This document shows positions 1 to 9,726 of a DNA stretch of 64,000 bases, in pieces; the first letter of the stretch is position 1; each line of letters opens with the position of its first letter. The translations under genes and the position numbers were made by a program. The stretch comes from Candidatus Fermentibacteraceae bacterium (lineage in GTDB: Bacteria > Fermentibacterota > Fermentibacteria > Fermentibacterales > JCC-6): assembly GCA_041750285.1 (NCBI GenBank), contig JBGSZS010000018.1:1-64000 (forward strand). Reading direction: 5' to 3'. Below the pieces are notes generated by a model. The model was not told where the DNA came from and did not search any database. It worked only from the letters and a program-made list of their open reading frames with translations.

Positions 1-140
1 TATTGGACAGCTTGCGGCAGGAGGGGAAAAAGAAAACCTCCGAAAAGGAGGCCTGATCTCGAAAAGATGAAAACCGGAGCTCTAAGTTATTGGCCTGTCA
101 CAAGGCCGAGGCAAAACCTGTCCTGTTTTGGACAGCACTG

Positions 141-1049
141 ATGATGAGTAATTTCAGTAACTATATAGCAAATAATTTATACATATCATTGGATTTACAG
201 TATAAGATACTCTATACATTAGTTATTATCGCACTTTTATGGGTGCTAAAACTGTTTGTTATCCGCCTTGTTTATCGAAGGACCAGTGATGTCAAGATCC
301 GTTACCAGTGGCGGAAAACCACTTTCTATCTTGGTTTTCTGGTCGCCATCCTCCTGGGGGGGCGGATCTGGTACAGCGGCTTCCAGTCGTTTTCCACCTA
401 TTTCGGCCTTCTCTCTGCAGGAATTGCCATCAGCTTGAAGGATCTTCTCGCGAGCATCGCGGGATGGATCTTCCTCATGATCAAGAAACCCTTCACTATC
501 GGTGACAGGATCCAGATCGGCGAACTCCGCGGAGATGTGATCGACGTAAGGCTTTTCAAGTTCACTCTCCTCGAGATCGGGAACTGGGTGGATGCGGATC
601 AAAGCACGGGTCGCGTGATCCATGTGCCAAACTCGCTCATACTCACAGAATCCCTGGCAAACTACAGCAAGGGGTTCGAGTACATCTGGGATGAAATCCC
701 CGTGCTCATCACCTTTGAAAGTGACTGGGAAAAGGCAAAAGCACTGCTCCTCGGCATCGCTCAGGATCAAACGCACCACCTCACGGAATCGGCAGAAAAC
801 AAGGTTAAGTCAGCGTCCAGAAAATTCATGATCTTCTACTCGAAGCTGACCCCCGCCGTTTTCACTTCCGTGAAGGAAAGCGGAGTACTGCTGACCATCA
901 GATATCTTTGCGAACCAAGGAGCCGGAGAGGGCAGCAGGAAAAGATATGGGAGGAGATCCTCAGAACTTTCAGGAAAGAACCTTCCATTGACTTTGCATA
1001 TCCAACAACACGTTTTTTCAATAATACAACCGAGGGAAAACAGCAGTAG
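141..1049 (+). CDS. mscS: Small-conductance mechanosensitive channel (MscS family)
   Basis: Three N-terminal TM helices, then KPFTIGDRIQIG...GDVIDVRLFKFTLLE...GRVIHVPNS MscS beta-domain; C-terminal IDFAYPT. ATG at 141 chosen over TTG at 90. Confidence 0.9.
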   Translation: MMSNFSNYIANNLYISLDLQYKILYTLVIIALLWVLKLFVIRLVYRRTSDVKIRYQWRKTTFYLGFLVAILLGGRIWYSGFQSFSTYFGLLSAGIAISLKDLLASIAGWIFLMIKKPFTIGDRIQIGELRGDVIDVRLFKFTLLEIGNWVDADQSTGRVIHVPNSLILTESLANYSKGFEYIWDEIPVLITFESDWEKAKALLLGIAQDQTHHLTESAENKVKSASRKFMIFYSKLTPAVFTSVKESGVLLTIRYLCEPRSRRGQQEKIWEEILRTFRKEPSIDFAYPTTRFFNNTTEGKQQ

Positions 1050-1512
1050 AGATCAAGCCCGACGGACAGCGTTCGTTGCATGCATCCATATCATCGCTCA
1101 ATGATGAAGTGAACCCTCTTGTACTAGCGGTTGGTGTGGTGCTTTTCCGGAAATCCGCCAACTTCCTGGTTCCCGGTTGCACGGCTTCTGGCAGATGAAA
1201 TCCGGAGTTCTGTCTCCGGGTGATGGCTTTGTCTCCCTGCGCTTTCCGGTGCAGATGCATGCCGGGTTCGACCGCGGGAAACCGCCCCTTCAAGCATGTC
1301 GATCCCACCAGCCGGCCGGCCCCCGCAAGCCTCTCCTTCATTCCGCACTGCCCTGCCCCGCTTCAGCACACTGCGGGCGGAACCGGGGTGCGCCCCGGAG
1401 GGAAGCTGCACAACCTTGAGAAAAGCGGTTTGCATATTCTCGATTGTTGGCAATGATTGGTATTGAAGGCTATTGAAAAGCCGGGTTCGGTTCATGTGGA
1501 GAGGCTTGCCCA

Positions 1513-3195
1513 ATGCTGAAGGTTCTTGACCGGATTGTTGGACTGGTTGCGGTAGCCGCCGTATTCCTGCTTCTCGCAGAGCAGGCCGAACTCCCCTCTT
1601 ACATCGTCATTGTCCTCACCAGGATCAACTTGGGAATACTGATCCTCTTCCTGATTGATGTGCTCGCGCGGATCATTCTTTCACCCGCAAGGGTCCGGCA
1701 CCTGAAGCGCAACTGGTTCGACCTGATCGTGTTCATACCGTTTTTGCAGCTGATCGCCGGGAGCCAGGAGAATACGTCATTCATCGTCATCAGACAGATC
1801 GTGATTGTGGCCATGCTGATCTCAAGAACGCGCAAGAGCCAGAAGTTCATCAAGTCACTGGGATTGAAGCCAACCCAGCTCATGATCTCAAGCTTCTCCC
1901 TTACCATATGCCTGGGTGCGGTACTGCTGACTTTGCCGGTATCCAGTACCGGCAACGAACCCACCCCCATGCTCGATGCGTTGTTCACGGCCACTTCAGC
2001 CACCTGCGTCACAGGGCTCATCGTAAGGGATACCGCCACTCACTTCAGCATGTTCGGTCAATTGGTGATCCTCTGTCTGATCCAGCTTGGCGGTCTGGGG
2101 ATCATGACTTTTTCGGTGTTCCTCGCCCTTGCCGGCAGGAAAAGGTTCGGAATGTCGGAAAGGCTTCTGATCAAGGACATCCTTGATTCAGACATGCTTT
2201 CGGATGCCAGGAAGCTGATAACGTTCATCTTCGTAATGACGTTCTCGATCGAACTGCTGGGAGCTGTTGGGCTTTTCGCCGCATGGTCGGGGAAGTTCGC
2301 AGGAGCCGGCATGACAGCTTACCACGCATTGTTCCACTCCATCTCAGCGTTCTGCAATGCGGGTTTCTCGACGTTCAGCGACAGCCTGATGGGATTCTCG
2401 GGCGACTTGGCAACCAATGTTCTGATCTGCATTCTGATCATCCTGGGCGGCCTGGGTTTCCTTACGGTGCGGAACATCATCGGCACCATTGCAGCCCGTC
2501 TCGGTGGCGACCGCAGAACCTCCGTCCACCTCCGGGTACAACCCAGAATCGTGCTCACCGTGAGCATCGCCCTGATCCTTTTCGGAGCCCTGGCCTTCGC
2601 GGCGTTCGAAACGGGATCGGAAGCATTGGGCTGCGAACTGAAAACCAACGTCCTGGCGGCATTCTTTCAATCCGTAACCACAAGGACCGCCGGATTCAAC
2701 ACCGTGGACATCGGGCGTCTCATGCCCTCAACTCTCTTCGTGATGATCATCCTCATGTTCATCGGAGCTTCTCCCGGATCCACCGGCGGAGGGCTGAAAA
2801 CAACCACCTTCGCAGTGCTGTGGGGAGCAATGACCAGGGAATTCTCCGACAAGAGGCAGGTTGAGATCTACAGAAGAACGATACCCGCCGACACGATTCA
2901 GAAAGCCCTGACTGTTCTTCTCTTCTATCTGGTGGTGGTTGCTTCTTCAGTTGTTGCCCTTCTTGCCATCGAGCCCTTCCCTCTGATCGACGTTCTCTTC
3001 GAAGCCGTCAGTGCCGTCGGGACCGTTGGGCTGTCAACGGGCATCACCGCCAGCCTGTCCCCATACTCGAGGGTGATAGTGATCCTTCTGATGTTTTTCG
3101 GCAGGCTGGGACCCCTTACCCTTGGATACGCGCTATTGTTGTCCAACAGGAAGCATGAAGTGCACTATGCCGAAGAACGGGTGATGATCGGCTAG
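1513..3195 (+). CDS. trkH: KtrB/TrkH potassium uptake membrane subunit with extra N-terminal ion-transport (voltage-sensor-like) helices
   Basis: Pore-loop motifs TSATCVTGL, SAFCNAGFS, TRTAGFNT, SAVGTVGLS; GASPGSTGGGLKTTT; LMFFGRLGPLT. Confidence 0.95.
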   Translation: MLKVLDRIVGLVAVAAVFLLLAEQAELPSYIVIVLTRINLGILILFLIDVLARIILSPARVRHLKRNWFDLIVFIPFLQLIAGSQENTSFIVIRQIVIVAMLISRTRKSQKFIKSLGLKPTQLMISSFSLTICLGAVLLTLPVSSTGNEPTPMLDALFTATSATCVTGLIVRDTATHFSMFGQLVILCLIQLGGLGIMTFSVFLALAGRKRFGMSERLLIKDILDSDMLSDARKLITFIFVMTFSIELLGAVGLFAAWSGKFAGAGMTAYHALFHSISAFCNAGFSTFSDSLMGFSGDLATNVLICILIILGGLGFLTVRNIIGTIAARLGGDRRTSVHLRVQPRIVLTVSIALILFGALAFAAFETGSEALGCELKTNVLAAFFQSVTTRTAGFNTVDIGRLMPSTLFVMIILMFIGASPGSTGGGLKTTTFAVLWGAMTREFSDKRQVEIYRRTIPADTIQKALTVLLFYLVVVASSVVALLAIEPFPLIDVLFEAVSAVGTVGLSTGITASLSPYSRVIVILLMFFGRLGPLTLGYALLLSNRKHEVHYAEERVMIG

Positions 3196-3216
3196 AAGTC
3201 ATGGAGGCTGAAGCAG

Positions 3217-3903
3217 ATGCGAAGCATCGCAGTGATCGGGTTGGGTAACTACGGGAGCACTGTAGCCCGGGAGTTGACGGAACGGGGAGCCCAGGTCATC
3301 GCCATCGACCAGGACAAGGACAGGGTGGAGGCGATCAAGGAAAACGTAGCTTACGCGGTATCACTGAATTCCACCAACCGGGAGGCGCTTCAGGCTGCAG
3401 CGGTGGATCAGGTGGACATCGCCGTGGTATGCATCGGTGACAACGTCGAAGCAAGCCTTCTGACGGCACTTCAGTTGAAGAAACTGGGAGTCAGGAAGAT
3501 ATGGGCAAGGGCGATCAACCCTCTTCAGCACGAGATACTGACTGCGCTGGGCGTCGAAGAAGTGGTCGATCTGGAGGAGCAGATGGGAATGGCCACCGCA
3601 CGAAGCCTCTCCTCGGTGAACGTGAGCAAGCACATCCCGCTCGCGCCCGGACACAGCATTGCCGAGGTGAGGATCCCTTCCGCACTGATCGGAAAGACCA
3701 TCCGTCAGATCAACCCGCGGGACCAGTTCAGCGTGAACATCATCGGCATAAGAACCTATGCCCCGGTGATAGATGACATGGGTAACAGGTCGTTCGAGGA
3801 GAGTTTCGATGAAGTTCCTTCTCCGGACATGGAACTCACCGAGGACATGATCCTTCTTGTTGCCGGCAACGACAAGAGCATAGAACGCTTCGCCAAGGGG
3901 TAG
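3217..3903 (+). CDS. trkA: KtrA/TrkA RCK regulatory subunit
   Basis: IAVIGLGNYG Rossmann motif, TrkA_N plus TrkA_C layout; RBS GGAGG; directly follows trkH. Confidence 0.95.
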   Translation: MRSIAVIGLGNYGSTVARELTERGAQVIAIDQDKDRVEAIKENVAYAVSLNSTNREALQAAAVDQVDIAVVCIGDNVEASLLTALQLKKLGVRKIWARAINPLQHEILTALGVEEVVDLEEQMGMATARSLSSVNVSKHIPLAPGHSIAEVRIPSALIGKTIRQINPRDQFSVNIIGIRTYAPVIDDMGNRSFEESFDEVPSPDMELTEDMILLVAGNDKSIERFAKG

Positions 3904-3909
3904 CCATAT

Positions 3910-4629
3910 ATGAAACTCGGAACCGGTCTTCGCTTGTCTCTGCTCTGGCCGTGGATCCTTACGGTGGTTTCCATTGCGGGAGTTGTGCTTCTGTTGACGG
4001 AAGACCGCGGCGGGGTTCTCGTGCCCGTTCTTCTGACCCTCGCTGCAGCTGGAGGAGCTTTCCTGTCCCTCCGTGTATTCATCCTGCTGAAACGAATCAG
4101 GAATTTCCTGGATCACCTTCTCAGAAACGATTACGAGACCGGCATGAAAACCAGGGGTTTGATCAGCGACGAGATTCAGTCGATCTACCAGCGGGCGAAC
4201 AAGGCCGCTTCCCAGCTGGGTGAGTACGAGCGTCTGTGCTCCGACAGGATACGTCTGCAGAAAGCGCAGTTGGACATTCTTATGAGAACTTCACCCAACG
4301 CTTTCATGATCGGGGACATGAAAGCCATGTCCTTCCGGATCAATCCAGCAATGAAAAGGCTGTTCGGAATCGAACAGGATTCCTTCTCATTCGAATCGAT
4401 CCAGAAGCAGGATGGCAACGAGAGGTTCTTCAGAAAATTCCTGGTGGCAACTCTCAGAAGCGGATTTCCCCATGAGGGAACTGCAGTCCTGCAACTTCCG
4501 CTGAGGGAGAGCCGGAGGGAAATCACTTTCCGGATCGTGCCCATCAAGGACAGCACCGAGAAGACCGCCTTTGCCCTCGTCTTCATTGAACCCGTTGATG
4601 ATGATGCCGGAGAGAACCCTCAAGCCTGA
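3910..4629 (+). CDS. Membrane protein with HAMP-like linker and PAS-like domain, no output domain
   Basis: Two TM helices, DEIQSIYQRAN HAMP-like helix, PAS-like INPAMKRLFG and FRIVPIKD...FALVFIE; 6 bp after trkA. Confidence 0.6.
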   Translation: MKLGTGLRLSLLWPWILTVVSIAGVVLLLTEDRGGVLVPVLLTLAAAGGAFLSLRVFILLKRIRNFLDHLLRNDYETGMKTRGLISDEIQSIYQRANKAASQLGEYERLCSDRIRLQKAQLDILMRTSPNAFMIGDMKAMSFRINPAMKRLFGIEQDSFSFESIQKQDGNERFFRKFLVATLRSGFPHEGTAVLQLPLRESRREITFRIVPIKDSTEKTAFALVFIEPVDDDAGENPQA

Positions 4630-4763
4630 GCATGCCCCGCGAATGTGTGCTGCATCCGGAACATTTCCGGACCGACACGGACCGGGCACGGGAGGAGATA
4701 CTGTGAAAAAGGCCGTAACCGGGATATCCCCCGCCGGCTCAATCATTTCGTGGAGTTGTGCGC

Positions 4764-5822
4764 ATGTGGTGGGTTCTTAGTACTCTGCTTCTTTTCGCAT
4801 CAACCGGTTCATCGCCCGGTGATGCGGTCTTGCCCGATCCCGGCAACCTGGTCGATTACCGGGGAAGGAACGGAGAGACATTCCAGTTCCTTGTCAGGGC
4901 TTCAACCGGTGGCGGCGCCTGGGGAACCGACGTCTACACCGATGATTCGATGCTGGCAACCGCGGCTGTACATGCCGGAGCCCTCGGGTACGGCGAGACA
5001 GGGGTAGTCGAGGTGACCATACTCCCCGGCGGGGAGAGTTACACGGGAAGCATGAGATACGGAGTCACCACTGACAGCTGCGGCCCATGGCACGGAAGTT
5101 ACTCTGTGGCTTCGATTCCGGGCGATGAGGCCCTGGCTGCTTCCGCCCCGGCGGAGAAGGCTGCAGCGTGGGGGATGTTCATTCCGGTCCTGGCTGTTTC
5201 CGGGGCGTTCTGGCTGCTTTTCAGTGCCACTTCCGGAAGGATGGGAGTCCTGTACCGCGCATACTTCAACATCTTCACAGGCATTCTGGCGGCGTCCGCA
5301 ACCATTTGTTCGGTGCTTTCCGCCGAAACGCCCGTATTTGCCCAAAGCTCCACCTCAATGCTCCTGTTCTCCCTGGCCATCGCATCCGCCCTTCTGGCAG
5401 TCGCGGGCCTATGGGTTGCAAGGCCGGTCTTTCCCTTCAAGGTTTCAAGGCACGCAGCGTTCGTTTCATCGATGAGTTCGGCGGGTATCGTGGTGTTCTG
5501 GGTCTGCGCGTTTCTGCTGCTTGGCGGTCCGCTCTCGAACTACATGCTCGAGGAGGGCATGAGGGAATCTTCCCGTGAGGTCACGGGAACCGGAATATCA
5601 AGAAGGCTGCCGTTCGGCTTCTACTCGGCTCTGCTGCCGGTTCCGCTGTTTCTCGCGGGGCTGGTGAACGCCATCAGGGTCCGTGCGATGCGCAACCGCA
5701 TCGCGGAGGGGCTTGTTGATCCCGAGCCCCGAAAGCTTCGACCGGGCAGATTGCTTCTGGGGCTTTTCTGCCTTGTGATGTTCGTCACGATCTCATTGGA
5801 ACTCGGTCTGTTTCGCCCGTAG
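4764..5822 (+). CDS. LCCL-domain membrane protein
   Basis: Signal peptide, LCCL signature WGTDVYTDDSMLATAAVHAGAL...YTGSMRYGVTT, then about six TM helices. Confidence 0.75.
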   Translation: MWWVLSTLLLFASTGSSPGDAVLPDPGNLVDYRGRNGETFQFLVRASTGGGAWGTDVYTDDSMLATAAVHAGALGYGETGVVEVTILPGGESYTGSMRYGVTTDSCGPWHGSYSVASIPGDEALAASAPAEKAAAWGMFIPVLAVSGAFWLLFSATSGRMGVLYRAYFNIFTGILAASATICSVLSAETPVFAQSSTSMLLFSLAIASALLAVAGLWVARPVFPFKVSRHAAFVSSMSSAGIVVFWVCAFLLLGGPLSNYMLEEGMRESSREVTGTGISRRLPFGFYSALLPVPLFLAGLVNAIRVRAMRNRIAEGLVDPEPRKLRPGRLLLGLFCLVMFVTISLELGLFRP

Positions 5823-7706
5823 ATCATGACCGGCAGCTTTCACTTGGTTTGAATGCTGCCGCTTGCAGGTTGCAGGTTCCCTGCGCCTTCTGGCGAGCAG
5901 GAAGATGTCCCGCAATGCCTGCCCACCCCTGGCCTTGCGCCACATCTTCTCGAAATTCTCCTGCTGAACGGTCTGGGCGATCGCGGCCAGGCTTCTCAAG
6001 TGAAAGTTCCTTTCGCCCATGGAACCCGCCAGAAAGATCGCTGCCTTGACCGCGGGAGCTTCTTCACTGAAGTGTATGCCGTCCAGGCAGCGCACCATGA
6101 GGACTTCGAAGGAAGAAGACCCCTCGATGGCAAGATGGGGGATGGCCAGGTGCGGGGAGATGGCGGTCGAACTCTGCTCCTCGTGCTCGACAAGGAGTGC
6201 CTTCACCCTTCCGGGATCGACCTTCATCCTTGAACCGAGCAGATCCGCCGCGAGACCGAAGAGTTCCTCCTTCGAATGCCGGCCGGTGAGGTCGAGAACT
6301 GGGCAGGACTCGATCAGGGAGTCGAAACGGTCCATCTCGATGCCGTCCCTCTCGCGGATGATGTCTTTCAGCTCGCTCTCGATCAGTCCCGAAACGAGTT
6401 CCCTGGAGGTCAGGCGTTGAACGATGTGGAGCAGGGCCGATTCGTGCATCGCTCTTGACTTTCCGTAGAACCAGTAGATCAGGAAACCGAAAACCGCAAG
6501 CCCAGTGCTGATGAGGAATGCATCCTCCTGCATCTCCACCAGGATGAAGCCGAAACCGATGATGCCGGCGATCTGCAGCCACGGATACATGGGTGCCCGG
6601 TATGTGGGACGGTAGTTCTGGATCCCGCTTTCCCTCAGCACCACTACTGAAACCAGCGAAAGCATGTTGGTGAGGATCAGCCCAAGAGAGGCTGCTTCGA
6701 CGAGGGTCTTGAGGTCGAGGAACTGCGGAAGGATGACGAGAATGCCGGTGAGAAGGATCGCCGCATGAGGGGTTCCGGATTTCGCTCCGGCTCGGCTGAG
6801 GATCCCCGGTACTATGCCGTCCCGGCTCAGGGCGAGGAGATACCGCGAACCGGCCATGATACCGGCATTTGCCGTCGTGAGGAACGCAAGCGATGCCGCC
6901 ACCCCGATGAGAAGCGCACCCGTTCTGCCCATCAGAAGGCCGGCCACGTCGGAGATGGGAGTCAGGGTGACGGCAAGGGCAGATGGATCGGATACACCGA
7001 CGGTAACACCCACCATCAGCACGTAGAACAAACCGATGAGCACAAGGGAAAGGATCATCCCGTTGGGGAGGGTCTTCCCGGGATCCTTCACTTCCTCGGC
7101 CATGCTGGTGACCTTGAGCAGGCCGCCGAAAGCCACGAACACCAGCCCCGCAGTGGAAAAGATCGCTTTGATCCCGCCCGGAGCGAAGTTCTCGAACCTG
7201 TTTACACTGACTTCGGGAAGCCCCCTTACAACGTAAAGGATCATGATGCCCAGAAGGACCATGACAAGGGCAACCTGAAGCCTCGCCGCCTCCCTGACGC
7301 CTGCGAGGTTCACGCCGACGAATGCCAGGCCCAGGAGCACCCCCGAAACCCTCATGTCCAGCCCCATCAGAACCTGGATGAGGGCGGCCATTCCAACAAG
7401 TGCGAAAGAGCTTTTCAGAGAGAAGGAGACCCAGTTGAGGATGCCCGCGATAGTCCCGAAGGCTGGTCCCACGCTCCGTGTGATGAAGAAGTAGTCGCTG
7501 CCGGCCCTGGGCATGGCGGTGGACAGCTCGGCCGTGCTGAGAAGCCCGGTTGCCGCCAGCAGGGCCGCAAGCGCGTAGGAAACCATCACGGCCGGGCCTG
7601 CCTGGGCGAAGGCCATGCCGGGCAGAACGAATATCCCCGAGCTGATCATCGCCCCCGAGGCGATGCAGAAGACATGGATGAGGCCAAGACGCCTGTGAAG
7701 CTGCAT
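5793..7706 (-). CDS. APC-family amino acid permease fused to a C-terminal PTS EIIA domain
   Basis: GAMISSGIFVLPG, AELSTAMPRAG, AEEVKDPGKTLP, SRYLLALSRDG; C-terminal EEQSSTAISPHLAIPH EIIA motif. Start ATG at 7706 inferred. Confidence 0.9.
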   Translation of the reverse strand: MQLHRRLGLIHVFCIASGAMISSGIFVLPGMAFAQAGPAVMVSYALAALLAATGLLSTAELSTAMPRAGSDYFFITRSVGPAFGTIAGILNWVSFSLKSSFALVGMAALIQVLMGLDMRVSGVLLGLAFVGVNLAGVREAARLQVALVMVLLGIMILYVVRGLPEVSVNRFENFAPGGIKAIFSTAGLVFVAFGGLLKVTSMAEEVKDPGKTLPNGMILSLVLIGLFYVLMVGVTVGVSDPSALAVTLTPISDVAGLLMGRTGALLIGVAASLAFLTTANAGIMAGSRYLLALSRDGIVPGILSRAGAKSGTPHAAILLTGILVILPQFLDLKTLVEAASLGLILTNMLSLVSVVVLRESGIQNYRPTYRAPMYPWLQIAGIIGFGFILVEMQEDAFLISTGLAVFGFLIYWFYGKSRAMHESALLHIVQRLTSRELVSGLIESELKDIIRERDGIEMDRFDSLIESCPVLDLTGRHSKEELFGLAADLLGSRMKVDPGRVKALLVEHEEQSSTAISPHLAIPHLAIEGSSSFEVLMVRCLDGIHFSEEAPAVKAAIFLAGSMGERNFHLRSLAAIAQTVQQENFEKMWRKARGGQALRDIFLLARRRREPATCKRQHSNQVKAAGHDLRAKQTEFQ

Positions 7707-7891
7707 GCGTTTCCCCCATCGGGTATCGGTGAGGAGATGGCCTTGAAAGAAGAAAGCACCGGTGTGAATATAGGCTTTCAGAGCTTCCCTGCGCCAATGT
7801 TCCCGGTCACGGTCGTGAACTGCCGGCACGCCAATCGGGAATTGCTCAGCACGCAGAGCGTGCCATGGCCGTCGGGGACCGGCGGTACCGA

Positions 7892-9181
7892 TCAGAAATG
7901 ATCGTCCGCCATCTTCCTTGCGATGGTGATTGCCAGGGCCATAATGGACAGCATCGGCGGATTGCCAAGTGAATCCGGAAAAAGCGAGGAATCTGCCACG
8001 TAGACATTGGCGGGAAGGCGGTCGTGACGCAGCGTGCGGACTTCAGCAGCCGTGAATGGCAGCATGCCTCCGGGGTGGCCGGCATTCATGGTTCCCAGAA
8101 ATATCCGTTCTTCCGGAATGCCCATGGACACCAGTATCTCCCTGCAAAGCTCCACCGCCTCCGTGAGAATCCCCTTGTCCTCAGGGGTCAGGTTCTTCCT
8201 GATGGAACGCCCCTCGATCGAACCGCAGGGAGTGTCGGCCAACTTTATCATCATGCTGAAAATGTCCCGGAACGGTTGTTTCCACGCCGGATTGAAGAAG
8301 CTGCTCAGGTGGTCATAGTATGGTGAGACGATGTATCCCCGGCGCTGCACGATGAAAGGCATGGGAAGCTCGGTGTTCTGACCCGCCCCGGGTTGACGTG
8401 CGGCGACACAGAGCACGGGGTCGACGAACAGGCGCGGTTCCACCCCGATCCCCGAGTTCCCGAGAATGCGGGGTGTACCCAGCCCGCCGGCAGCCAGGAC
8501 AAACAGGTCGGCGGGATGAAAACTCCTTTTCCCGCCACGCCTCACCATAGCTCCACAGGCTTCGCCTCCACGTATCACAAGGCTCTCCACCTCAGCTCCG
8601 GTTTCCAGCCGGGCACCCTTTTCAAGGGCTTCCCGCAGAAACTTCCTGCTGTCCCACTTCACCCCATAAGCGCAGCCAAGAACGCAGCGGCCACAATTGC
8701 GGCAGTTTTCAAACCGGCCCATCTTGGGCGTCGGGAACGGATCCAGCTTCAGAGTCCGGCAGGCGCTGAAGCAGCGGTTCGTCAAGGGTTTCCATAAGTG
8801 AGCGTGATCTGCAGTGATCGGGATGTCCGTCTCCAGTTCCAGAAAGGCCTGGTCAAGGTCGATCCCCAGCTTTCTCAGGTCTTCGTCCTGACGAAGGGCA
8901 TTCGCCGTGGCGATGGTGGTAGTCCCCCCCGTTCCGCGGCCATGCACGACAGCCATCCCTTCGCTGGTCAAATGGACTCTCATCGCAGGAAACAGAAGGC
9001 TTATCTCCCGGGGATCGAACAGCAGACCTGCCCTTTTCGCCAGCCCGGGTACTCTCAGGCTGGTCGTGAAGGGTTTGAACTCCCTTCCCGCTTCGAGCAC
9101 GGTCACCTGGAACCTGCCCTGCAGTTCCCTGGAGGCGGCAGCCCCCCCGGCACCGCTGCCGATCACCATGACACTTCTCAA
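7892..9181 (-). CDS. GMC-family FAD oxidoreductase with Cys cluster
   Basis: VIGSGAGGAA FAD motif, VLEAG, CRNCGRCVLGC, C-terminal NVYVADSSLFPDSLGNPPMLSIMAL. TTG start overlaps upstream stop. Confidence 0.85.
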   Translation of the reverse strand: MRSVMVIGSGAGGAAASRELQGRFQVTVLEAGREFKPFTTSLRVPGLAKRAGLLFDPREISLLFPAMRVHLTSEGMAVVHGRGTGGTTTIATANALRQDEDLRKLGIDLDQAFLELETDIPITADHAHLWKPLTNRCFSACRTLKLDPFPTPKMGRFENCRNCGRCVLGCAYGVKWDSRKFLREALEKGARLETGAEVESLVIRGGEACGAMVRRGGKRSFHPADLFVLAAGGLGTPRILGNSGIGVEPRLFVDPVLCVAARQPGAGQNTELPMPFIVQRRGYIVSPYYDHLSSFFNPAWKQPFRDIFSMMIKLADTPCGSIEGRSIRKNLTPEDKGILTEAVELCREILVSMGIPEERIFLGTMNAGHPGGMLPFTAAEVRTLRHDRLPANVYVADSSLFPDSLGNPPMLSIMALAITIARKMADDHF

Positions 9182-9726
9182 GTCAATTCCTCGGGAAAAC
9201 GAAAACACGCCGTGCAGTTCGGCAGATCTCCGGTGATCCTGCCCGTGAACGAAAGGCTTCCGCCACCTGCGAGTCCGGCCAGCATGCCTTCGTCGAGTGC
9301 GGAGATGAACTCACAGATCTCCTGCGAGTAGAACCTCGCGAAACTGCACTTCGAGACGACGATCGCCCCGTCGGACGACCCCCGGAAGTCGATACCCAGG
9401 ATGCGATAGAGCAGGCGTGCCGCCCGCATGACCTCCGCCCGCGTCCTGAGCCTCAGTGCGATGCGCATCTCCTGCCCGAACTCAAATGCCGCATCCCTGA
9501 GCCTTCGTGCGACTTCGAGGGCTGACGCCCCATCCTCAAGACACATCCGGGACTGCTGTGCGGTAAACCTGGCGTATTCTTCGGTCATGCCGGCAGAGGA
9601 CAGGCGCGACACAAATGCAGTGTCACACCCGAAAGCCCTTGCCGTAAGCGTGAAAAGCCGCCGGAAACCCCTCTCCCTCATTCGCCGGGGCAGATGGAGC
9701 TCGGCCGCGGTGAGAAGGACGTTCAT
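9178..9726 (-). CDS. Hypothetical protein, V4R/ATC-hydrolase-like fold
   Basis: VSKCSFARFYS...CEFISALDEG...RITGDLPNC Cys pattern; translationally coupled on both sides. Confidence 0.55.
   Translation of the reverse strand: MNVLLTAAELHLPRRMRERGFRRLFTLTARAFGCDTAFVSRLSSAGMTEEYARFTAQQSRMCLEDGASALEVARRLRDAAFEFGQEMRIALRLRTRAEVMRAARLLYRILGIDFRGSSDGAIVVSKCSFARFYSQEICEFISALDEGMLAGLAGGGSLSFTGRITGDLPNCTACFRFPEELT

Noticed and set aside
1050..1512. Possible c-di-AMP (ydaO) riboswitch upstream of the Ktr operon
   Set aside because: The long intergenic region has GC hairpins, but I could not find the conserved ydaO sequence blocks. An Infernal/Rfam scan would be decisive.
6064..7797. 577-aa alternative-frame ORF and other long shadow ORFs (e.g. 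6765-7901, 14239-15297, 24938-25987, 42781-43317, 57160-58083)
   Set aside because: They overlap well-supported genes, lack motifs, and are expected from GC-rich codon bias.
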